NCBI GenBank assembly: GCA_964016885.1
Contig: OZ024743.1
Coordinates: 150,164,001-150,228,000, forward strand
Length of the DNA stretch: 64,000 bases
From: Eledone cirrhosa
Lineage: Eukaryota
Direction of reading: 5' to 3'
Made by a program: the position numbers and the translations under genes. Position 1 is the stretch's first letter; each line of letters begins with the position of its first letter. Below the pieces are notes generated by a model. It had not been told where the DNA came from and searched no databases. It saw only the letters and a program-made list of their open reading frames with translations. This document shows, in pieces, positions 54,776-64,000 of this stretch.

Positions 54776-56239
54776 TTAAAACAGATGAATTAAAATGTTA
54801 TTTGCTGATGAATCAAGATTTCTCCATCTCCTTTTATCTTTCATCAGTGCAAACAGAGAACCACAAGCTAAAGTGAGAGCCTCTACAAGAAACAATAGCT
54901 AGATCTCCCTTAGACACACCATACAGCATCACATTCATAATTTAATGTCTATTTTTCTATATTTACATGGTTTGAATGGGTCTTCTCTAGTACACTTCTC
55001 TATTTTGTCATATTCTCATTTAGCATTTCCCCAGTTTGCACAAGGCATTTAAATATTTAATGTAAGGACACTTTAGATAATGTAGAACAAGATATACAAA
55101 GCCTGAAAAAGATGAGATAATCACGACTGGAATGCTTTATCATGGCTGACTAATAACAAAGGCTTAGAAAATATCTTTGTACCTCAAACTGTTGAGGTAA
55201 TTGATCTTAAATATATTTGCAAGATATTTAATAGTAAGTTTAAATGAAAAGTGTAACTAAAAAAGTCTTTTATATGCAAGTAACATGAAAAATACACTCA
55301 AATGATAAACATGGATCAATGTCAAATTGTTCAAGAGACAGTTGAATATTTGAAAGAGAATAAGTATAAACAATATTAGAAAACACCCTACAAATATGAA
55401 ACTAAGATAGCCCAATTAAACATCATATATTAAACTACTGAAACTAAGATTTGCCAATGAAGCTGAGATTGATAACTCTTATGAGATGGAAAATTGTATA
55501 CATTTATTACCATTTATATATCCAGCATAGAAAAATGTGTAAAACTAATCTCTATTAAATAAAGAGTAGAGACTATGTTTGTCTAAAACTAGGGTGAGAA
55601 CTTGTTGCAGAAACCTTTGAGCTGTGGGTCATAAATGTCAGCAGATACCCAAGATGTGTCAATGTGAAGACACAATTCTATTAAGTGTTAGTAAGTAAAT
55701 TGAAGAAACTAATCTGAAAAGTTATCAATATATTTAAAAATCAATTAGAATACTATTTGTAAGAGGTGAACAAGAAGAGATTGAAAAACGATACTTTGAA
55801 AACATCAAAGATAACCAAATTAATTTTTAAAAACTATTCTATTAATTTTATGATATAAAGATTTCTTTGATATATACTCCTGATTTTTTAGTTGAAGTTC
55901 CTTAATAATAGTAAATTAACTTTTAATTTGTTATTTCTGTGTTTCTCATTTTCCTTAAAAATTAATAGTTTTGAAATACAGGAGAAATAGACAACTTTCT
56001 TTATTAAATAAACAAATGTGACCTTATATTTAAAGGACTATTGGGTGGAGTGAAACACTGAATAGATAATGTCACTTAAATATGTTAAAGTGATAATTTG
56101 AAATGAAACATATATCAATAGAATGACTCCAAATTTAATTTCAGATCAATTATACTCTAGCTATGAATTTCTATTTCATATTTTAATTTGATTGAAAGAA
56201 ATTTTTATTATAATTAAATATTACTACAACTCTTTAAAT

Positions 56240-56379
56240 TCTTAGTCCAAATCTCACAGAGATCAACTTTACATTTCAGCTTCCTGTGGTTGATAAAATG
56301 AAATGCCAGTCAAGTACTGGTATTGATATAATCGACTTTCTCCTCTCACCAAACTGCTGGCATTGGTTCTAAATTAGAA

Positions 56380-56421
<42 letters not shown>

Positions 56422-56832
56422 TTAACAGGGTGATGGGTTGTAGAGCATCAGCCAAAATGCATTGCAGCATTTAATTATGGCCCTTTATGTTCTGAGTTCA
56501 AATCTCACTAAGTTTAGCTTTGACTTTCATCCTTATGGGGTTGATAAAATAAAGCACCAGTAATGCACTGGGGTCGATTTAATTGACTTTTCCTTAACCC
56601 CTCAAAATTGTTGGCCTTGTGCCTAAATCAGAAACTGTTATTAGGTGAATTGGCAGTATCGGTAGTGGGTTGGACGCCATGCTTTCTAGCTTAGTTACGT
56701 CCTTTTACAGTCTGAGTTCAAATCCCGCCGAGGTTAACTTTGCCTTTCATCCTTACGGGGTCGATAAAATAAAGTACCAGTAATGTACTGGTAATTGCTG
56801 GCCTTGTGCCTAAAGTAGAAACAATTATTATT
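56240..56832 (+). mobile_element. Three head-to-tail SINE copies (~56240-56420, ~56427-56642, ~56644-56832)
   Basis: Three successive matches to the SINE core; the third is nearly identical to 39173-39356. Confidence 0.88.
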
Positions 56833-57725
56833 CATTTAACATTCATGTTTCTGCTAGCTAAGGTTGGACAGGATATTACAAACCAGGTCAGTACTGAAGT
56901 GGAGCCACGACTTCTCAGCTGGGCCAGCAGCTTGCATCTCACATATATTCCTATGCTTTACAAGGTGCATTTTATCAGGGCAACTTTATTAGGGCAGTTG
57001 ACTTGTCTTTGGCAACAATTTTATGGCTGGATGCCCTTCCTATCGCTAACAAATTTACAGAGTGTAGTGGAGGCATTCATTGTGTAGATCAACCCTAAAA
57101 AAGATTCCATGTCCTTGACAACTGTAGAATCCTCACCACTTTTTCTGGCATGGTTTCGACAGCAGGTTACCTTTTCTATTTGCAACCACCTTATAAGGTT
57201 TATTGGGAGTATTTTTTGTGGCACCAGCACTTGAGGGATTTGGGGCATATATATATATATGTTAATTGCCTTAACTTGAATATAAATCTACACACATCCA
57301 AAATTATCCACAACACAAACAAATGCAATAACAACCAATCCCACAGAGGGACCTTTATGAATATAACTGCAAGGCCACTTCACCAGTGCTAGTGCCATGA
57401 CAACATACAGCCAATTGACTTCACAAAGTAGTTGGAGGATGAGTGGAAATGATGTATGGCCGAGAGAACTCTTTAATCTTGCTGAAGATATAACAGCATT
57501 TCTACTGCAAGTGTCAAGATAAAATGCAGCTACACAAACCATACCCCAAATAGAAGTTATGTATATGAAGTGGTCCTCTAAAATGCCTAAGAATGTAATA
57601 ATTTCAAATATGAATGGAATCAAACTGATAGCCCATCCAACTCATGCCAGCATGGAAAGTGGATGTAAAATAATAAATGTTTACATTGACAGTTTGACTT
57701 ATCTCTACATTAATATTGGTTTTAT

Positions 57726-58070
57726 TAGAAGCAAAGTAGTATATACGAAAGGACGGTTATATAATGCCTGTGTGAGATGCGCAATGCTGCATGGTAGTGA
57801 GACATGGGCAGCAACTGCAGAGGATATGCGATGGCTGGAGAGAAATGAAGCAAGCATGCTCCGTTGGATATGCAATGTCAATGTGCGTGAACGACCATGC
57901 ATAGATGAGTTGAGAAAGAAACTGGGTATAAGAGGGATAAGTTGTGGTGTGCAGGAGAGAAGACTGAGATGGTATGGACATGTGATGCACATGGAGGATG
58001 ACTGCTGGGTAAAGAAATGCCAAGAAATCCCAGTAGAAGGAAGATGCAGTAGAGGTAGACCACGAAAAAG
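57726..58070 (+). mobile_element. RTE 3' coding fragment, same subfamily as 21936-24888
   Basis: KGRLYNACVRCAMLHGSETW...RGRPRK, highly similar to the reverse complement of ~22090-22400. Confidence 0.9.
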
Positions 58071-58504
58071 ATATTTAAAATATTCCTTTTAAAATAAAAA
58101 AATTAGCAGTGTTTTTTTTTAAATAAAAAAAAAAATGTCACCACGAGGAAATTTTTAAATGGCTATCAACATCAGCGGCGGCGACAACATGTAAAACATT
58201 TCTTGTTGATAACAACACCAAACTCACGTGGTGACTCTAAGCTCTTCAACGTTCGACTTCGATTCTACTGAAGATTTACTGTGACTTCGCTTCGATAGCA
58301 ACAACAACAACAATTCTACTAGCTTCCCAAAGAAAAGAAAAGGCGAACTTTTTGTTAAGAAACAATTATTTCTTCCTTTTTTTACAGGCAATGTTTGGAG
58401 ATTCATTTTTTAAAAAAAACTGTATTATATGAAAATTCATTTTTTTCTATCATTGTATATATGACTGCACGCACACATTTTCGTTGCTGTATACATGCCT
58501 GCAT

Positions 58505-58851
58505 ATGCACACACTATGGTCACCCGGATAGTAAACCAAGTCATACAGAATGGGGTCGTTCCGAAGGACTGGCGTAGCAGCATCATCATTAACTGCTACA
58601 AGGGTAAAGGAGATGCCCTAGATAGGGGTAACTATAGAGGCATTAAATTAATCGACCAGGTCATGAAGGTCACAGAAAAAGTAATGGCGTAACTAATCAA
58701 AGAGCGAATTGATCTAGATGAAATGCAGTTCTCGTTTGTGTCAGGTAAAAGTATCACAGACGCTCTTTTCATTGTACGACAACTACAAGAACCTAGCTAA
58801 AAGTGATCCCCTATACTTAGCTTTTGTTGACTTGGAGAAAGCCTTTGACAG
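58505..58851 (+). mobile_element. RTE RT N-terminal fragment
   Basis: PKDWRSSIIINCYKGKGDALDRGNYRGIKL...FVDLEKAFD. Confidence 0.9.
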
Positions 58852-59110
58852 TAGAATTTCCTTTAATTCTTGAAGTCTTTTATTTCGCGTTTCATAATTG
58901 GAGACAATTGTGCAAATTCTTCTTGCTAGGTTAAAGCCATTTTGAATTCGTTTCTGGCGGGGATCAATTAAGAAAATCATTTGTCCAAACGAGTTTGTTT
59001 CCTGATGAGTTCGAAGCTCGAGATTTTATCCTTAATAGGATATTTCCAAATGCGAACGAAACACGAGGGTAGAAACGTAATCCTGGTATGTGTATATGCA
59101 TTTCTTCTAA
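58852..59110. mobile_element. PLE remnant: minus-strand ORF fragment followed by an oppositely oriented hammerhead-bearing pLTR
   Basis: FNLARRICTIVSNYETRNKRLQELKEILL resembles the PLE RT thumb/linker; hammerhead at 58997-59076 on +. Confidence 0.72.
58997..59076 (+). ncRNA. Type I hammerhead ribozyme motif with extended stem II
   Basis: GTTTC CTGATGA GTTCG...(39 nt, including TATCCT/AGGATA hairpin)...CGAAC GAAA C ACGAGG G TA GAAAC; cleavage triplet GUA. Confidence 0.78.
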
Positions 59111-59367
59111 CTTTAATTTTATACCTAATTGTGTATGGTTGACGGTATATTTAATCGATTTCCACGTGCTGTTGAAATGTTGGGTAAGTATTCTATGGCA
59201 GTTGGCCGCGAAGAGATTGCTGTCGTTTATTTATCCACTATTTCTTCATAGGTGCCTTTTAATCTTATAGCCAGGTCTAATTGATTTTTTGTGTGGTTAA
59301 TTATGCTAATTGGGAGAGGAAATGGTGTATATATATTATCAAATGATTCTATGGACATACTTTATAG

Positions 59368-59625
<258 letters not shown>

Positions 59626-60233
59626 TGGTGGCTGCCAACTCGTTTTCGAGTACGGATCACTACTTTATATCCATGTAGGAGAACCCCTACCGATGTGCTG
59701 AACGAGTGTGACTTTTTAGTCCAGCCAGCGACTTGAAAACTCTGGTACAAACACTACAGTTGTGATAATTATTGACACATAGTGCTGGGCCCATGGTACC
59801 ATCTGACGACAAGTGCATAGAGATCTCCAGATATAAAGCAATGCCTGTGCCGTGAAGCTTTTATAGTGAGCAAAGGCACTGCACAAAGTCAGTCCCACTC
59901 TCTTAACCAAGATGATATTTACCAAAAAGAAGACCAAGTCAACATCATTGGATACCATCAGGGTTGCAGGTGTTATATCAGAGTTTTCCTTCTTCTAGAA
60001 TTCTGCCTTGACAAAGGCTAAGGGGTCATCTCTGTCGGTGATTTCGGATGGCCATTGACTCTTAAGAGCTCCTTTGCACTTTGACAGGTTTTGTTTTTAG
60101 TCCTGCAGGATGTCAAAAGTCACCCTCCTCACCAAGAAACCTTGGTGGGGTTGCCAGTTTAGTCGCCAACGACCCGACCATGACACAGGTTGTACTGGGA
60201 TACATGTTACCAGTAGCATCAACTGGTGACCTG
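59626..60233 (-). mobile_element. Probable retroelement non-coding (5' UTR-like) segment between TA arrays
   Basis: GC-richer block bounded by microsatellites; the minus strand has CTAGAAGAAGGAAAACTCTGA, reminiscent of RTE 5' UTRs; no clear ORF. Confidence 0.35.
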
Positions 60234-60313
60234 ATATACATACATACATATAGTATATATACATATGTATATATATATGTATATATGTATATATACATAC
60301 ATACATACATATA

Positions 60314-60365
<52 letters not shown>

Positions 60366-60434
60366 AAAAAGGGATGAAATCGAAAATGCAACTGAAGTCT
60401 TATTTTTTTAAAAAATATATATATTTATTTGGTT

Positions 60435-60472
60435 CCTTTACCGGTTTCGCAGTTCTTCTGCTTTTCAAAAGG
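60435..60472 (-). ncRNA. Minimal hammerhead ribozyme motif with U3-A8 core variant
   Basis: CCTT TTGAAAA GCAG AAGAA CTGC GAAA CCGG TA AAGG; palindromic CCGG loop. Confidence 0.7.
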
Positions 60473-60631
60473 TGAGTTGAGATGGAGGGTCTGTGCACAG
60501 ACCCTCCATCTCAACTCACACAGACACCCGGATGTGGCGCATGCGCAAACTGAGCACACAACACACACACAGAAACAAAATGGCGTAGGACAGAAGAAAG
60601 GAAAGGCACAGAAACAAAGAAAGGAATCCTC

Positions 60632-60676
60632 AGTCACTGAAGAGGTCACAGAGTGTGTGACTAAAGGACTATGACT
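60632..60676 (+). ncRNA. Hammerhead motif with GAAA>TAAA substitution (probably inactive)
   Basis: Same motif as 4720-4764 but with T at 60662 in place of the catalytic G12. Confidence 0.55.
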
Positions 60677-60898
60677 ATATATATAAACAACTATCTGGTT
60701 GTGGAACCAACCAACCAACCAGAAATTTATAAGTTTGTAGATTTGTAAATTTATAAATTTATAAATATATAATAAATTGAAGTGAAAGCAACTGGTGCGT
60801 GTGTTTCTTATTGGCAACATGACCCTCCCAAAGTATAACAATATCGGTTTCAACACACGATTTCAGATAAAGAATCTTGCTAAACAAATTCAGAAACG

Positions 60899-60951
<53 letters not shown>

Positions 60952-60952
<1 letters not shown>

Positions 60953-63295
60953 TAGCAGCTGAGCCCGGTTGCACTCGGGCCACTTTCTATTAAGTTAATA
61001 AGTTGAGGGGTGACGTGAAGAGAGTGGTTTGACAGAGTGACCTTGGGTGGAGTAGGGTTCAAAGATGTTATTGCAGGGCTTCTTTGTAGACAACGTTCAT
61101 GGTGTTTCCCGGGTTACCGCAAACGAAGAGATCGTGTGGACTGCCGACGCGGGAGCATGGGCAAATACCTGCTGTGTTAGATTTAGGCCAACCACTTGCA
61201 GCGATTGTCTTTGTGCTTTGTTAATGCTCATTGCAAAGCAGAGTTTTATGGGAAACAGCGGTCGCGTAAATTCATAGGGGTAATTAACCTGGTCACACCT
61301 GCAGCGGGTCCGCTTAAAATGGTTGTCTCCAGAATTTGGGTCCTTATTTTTTTAATGTTTAAACGCGTTCCGTTGCATAGTTCTGGTGCATCCAGGTTTC
61401 TCAGCAGCATAACTGGCACACCAACCTTCAGTTTCAGATCATGAGGAGGAAGTACTGGAGGTAGTTGACTGTTGAGGAATTCAATTGGGTAGATGACGGC
61501 GTCGTCCGCGTTTTTATTGGTGTCAATCGACTGGAAGGAGACTTCATTTCCGGGAATCTGATCGAGTAGTTTTTGGTTCATCACGTCAACAGTGGCATTG
61601 TGTGGGGCCAAAATAGCTCTCCCTTTCAGCCAGGTGTGATCATGGAATCGTGGTTCAAGGTCTGGAAATACAGATGACATTAATTCGTCAATGTTTGACA
61701 CAAAGTTCCCGAAAGGCAAACGGATATGCTCTGCATCCACTCCAGGTGTAGTTCCATTACCAACTTCCAGTAGATGTTTTGAGAAATCGATGGAGTCTGC
61801 GTCACCATGCACATGCACTTTCATGTTGGTAGTCAGATGTAGTTTGTGGACATACTGCCATACGTAGGATGACTTGATGCATGCGTTCACTTCGTCAGCT
61901 CTAGTGCCTCTAGTGATAACAGGAAGAGTCTGTCGGAAATCCCCAGCGAGCAGTACTGTCGCTCCACCCATGACGCGTGAGTTCTGACTCAAGTCCTTGA
62001 GAGTTCGATCCAGAGCCTCAAAGGCCGTCTTGTGACTCATGGTAGCCTCGTCCCATATGATCAGGCAGCACTCAGAAAGAAGATGTGCTTTAGGGTCGCC
62101 ATGATCTATTCTACATGTAGGATTCTCATTATTTGCAATGTCCAAAGGCAATTTGAATGCGGAGTGTGCCGTACGACCGCCATGTAACAGTGTCGCCGCA
62201 ATACCACTGGAGGCGACCGCTAAAGCAATCCGCTTGTCTTTTCGTAGCTTCGCAAGAAAACGGTTGATGAGAAAAAGTGTTTCCTGTTCCGCCAGGAGCA
62301 TCCAGGAAAAATAGCCGTCCCTCATTTGAATTGACACTGGAGAGAATTCTGTCATATGTCCGTCTCTGGTCATGCAAAAGTCTGGGTTCGTCCTGAGCTA
62401 CCTGATGTGTCATATCGTCGATGTTGTAATTTAACTCACGCATGAACTCCACTGTGATTGTTTCGAGGTTGTGGCAAACCGAAATCAGATACACCGCCAA
62501 CTCCAAGAGCTTTAAGATGGTTGTCCATGTCGATGAGGACCTCATTGTACACCGCGTCGTTGAAAGCAAAGCCAGCCGCTGGATCTTCTGCTCGTAGTCT
62601 ACGGAGGATGTCCTCTGACATATTGTCCTTATGCGTTTCCCAATCCTCAACCTTTTCTCCTTGTCGCCGCCGATGCCGTTTTTTGTTCGACCAAGTGAAG
62701 TAGGTAGGTACATTGACGTAAAAAGGGGTAACTGCAAACGTATCGACAGAACATAGCTTAAAAAATGCTTTAAGCGTCGTCTCGGGTGGCTGCTCGGCAG
62801 CAGCCGATGCGGTTTCCTCAGTGAAATAAACGCGTTGACCATTCTCTAAGTGAACATACAAGTTAACAACAGCTGGAGAGCACCGGTGAATTTCAAGCCC
62901 ACAAATTCACCAAGCCGCCATATTGGAGGAAATGTATCTTCCCATCATGAACTGAGTAATTTCGTCTTTTGATTCTACGTCATCACTGAGGCCAACAACC
63001 ACCATGTCGCCGCCTTTGTTGATGTATTTGCAGATGTATTTAATGCTTTTAACAGATGTGCAGGACTCCACATTGATGTGAGCATTAAACATTTTAACAA
63101 GCAAAGGGCTGTAAGGCACCACCCAGCTGTTGTCAATGTCGTATTCTTTCCCTTTCTTATTAATCCTAGCCGAAAGGCCGCCAAAATCCCTGGTGAGGTC
63201 TCTGGGGTAGTGTTTGGTGCACTTGTTCCCCTCCATACATGAATTTTGGCTGTTAAGAGCACCACAGGGTCCATGTATCATATTAGCCAGCACAA
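60952..63295 (-). mobile_element. Decayed, internally deleted Helitron (Rep C-terminal part plus PIF1-like helicase)
   Basis: MIHGPCG, DNSWVVPYSP, SIKYICKYINKG, LDAPGGTG, ASSGIAATLLHGGRTAHS, IIWDEATM, GDFRQTLPV, LCNGTRL; 3' hairpin GCCCG...CGGGC (60963-60980) and terminal CTAG (60955-60952) followed by T. Confidence 0.95.
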
Positions 63296-63433
63296 CTTTT
63301 CAATAAAAAGTTGCATTAAAAAAGGGAGGCATTGAATGTAAAATGCTAAGCTAAAAGCGAAAAATTAATGTCATTGTTTATGTATAATTAATTGGAAATG
63401 CTTCACTAAGAGATGGATATAAAAGTATTTTAA

Positions 63434-63780
63434 GTTAAATAGTATAGGGAGGTGTGTAAGATACATACATACGAGGTTAAATAGTATAGGGAGGTGTGTA
63501 GGATACATACATACATACGTAAACACGACGCTCAGCTTTATATAAGTATCGTGTGTATGTGTGTGTGTGTGTGTGCTATGCGAGCGACGACAGATCAAAG
63601 ATATATAACACGTGACTGAACGTTAACTAAAGTTTGCTTGTCTCTCTCTGTCTCTGCTCTCTCTCTCTCTGAATATCTAACACTTTAATTGTATCTCTCT
63701 CTGTCTAATGGCCTATCTGTCTATGCTATTCTAACGGCCTATCTCTCTCTGCTATTCTAACGGCCTATCTCTCTCTGCAG
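63434..63780. repeat. Short tandem duplications and (CT)n-rich repeats, possibly the Helitron 5' non-coding region
   Basis: GTTAAATAGTATAGGGAGGTGTGTA.GATACATACATAC occurs twice; CTATTCTAACGGCCTATCTCTCTCT occurs two to three times. Confidence 0.6.
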
Positions 63781-64000
63781 TGTTGTCATATAGGGAGTGA
63801 AGAGCGACAGAGAGAGTAAAGCAGTTAAATTATAGAGAGGGGGAATGATCTATTATAGAGAGAGGGAAGAGCGATGGAGAGAGTAAAGCTAAGAAACTAT
63901 AGGGAGGTAAAAGCGATAGAAAAATACCGTTCTTTTGCTCTAGAGACCACATTTTTCAATTTAAGAACCCCAAGTAAACTTGTCGCTTCCTCGGCACCTT

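Larger units (their letters stand above)
60420..60900. mobile_element. Composite PLE pLTR: minus-strand hammerhead arm, 48-bp palindrome, plus-strand pLTR of the 3891-4930 family
   Basis: 60518-60900 is nearly identical to 4606-4930 extended by the reverse complement of 3891-3946; perfect palindrome at 60472-60519. Confidence 0.85.

Noticed and set aside
63434-63780. CRISPR-like repeat array
   Set aside because: Only two or three adjacent tandem copies without unique spacers, in a eukaryotic context.

Overview
AT-rich eukaryotic genomic DNA with long (TA)n arrays and SINE/LINE families that resemble those of coleoid cephalopods (octopus-like; this is an inference). Only one host coding sequence is well supported: the terminal exon of a LIN-29/Rotund/Squeeze (ZNF384/ZNF362-like) C2H2 zinc-finger transcription factor at 6710-7660 (+). 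It is followed by about 9 kb with no recognisable transposons, a probable very long 3' UTR. The rest of the window is transposon-rich: RTE LINEs (two with a PHD-type finger inserted after the RT core), CR1-like and CRE-like (RLE) LINE remnants, tRNA-derived SINEs with TSDs, a decayed Helitron and an unclassified foldback element. The most striking signal is a set of Penelope-like (PLE) remnants that form long inverted repeats and carry seven minimal type I hammerhead ribozyme motifs from about four families. One motif shows a U3-A8 compensatory core change, and two sense/antisense ribozyme pairs lie in the probable last intron of the zinc-finger gene. The long Y/I/M-rich ORFs in the track are microsatellite artefacts.
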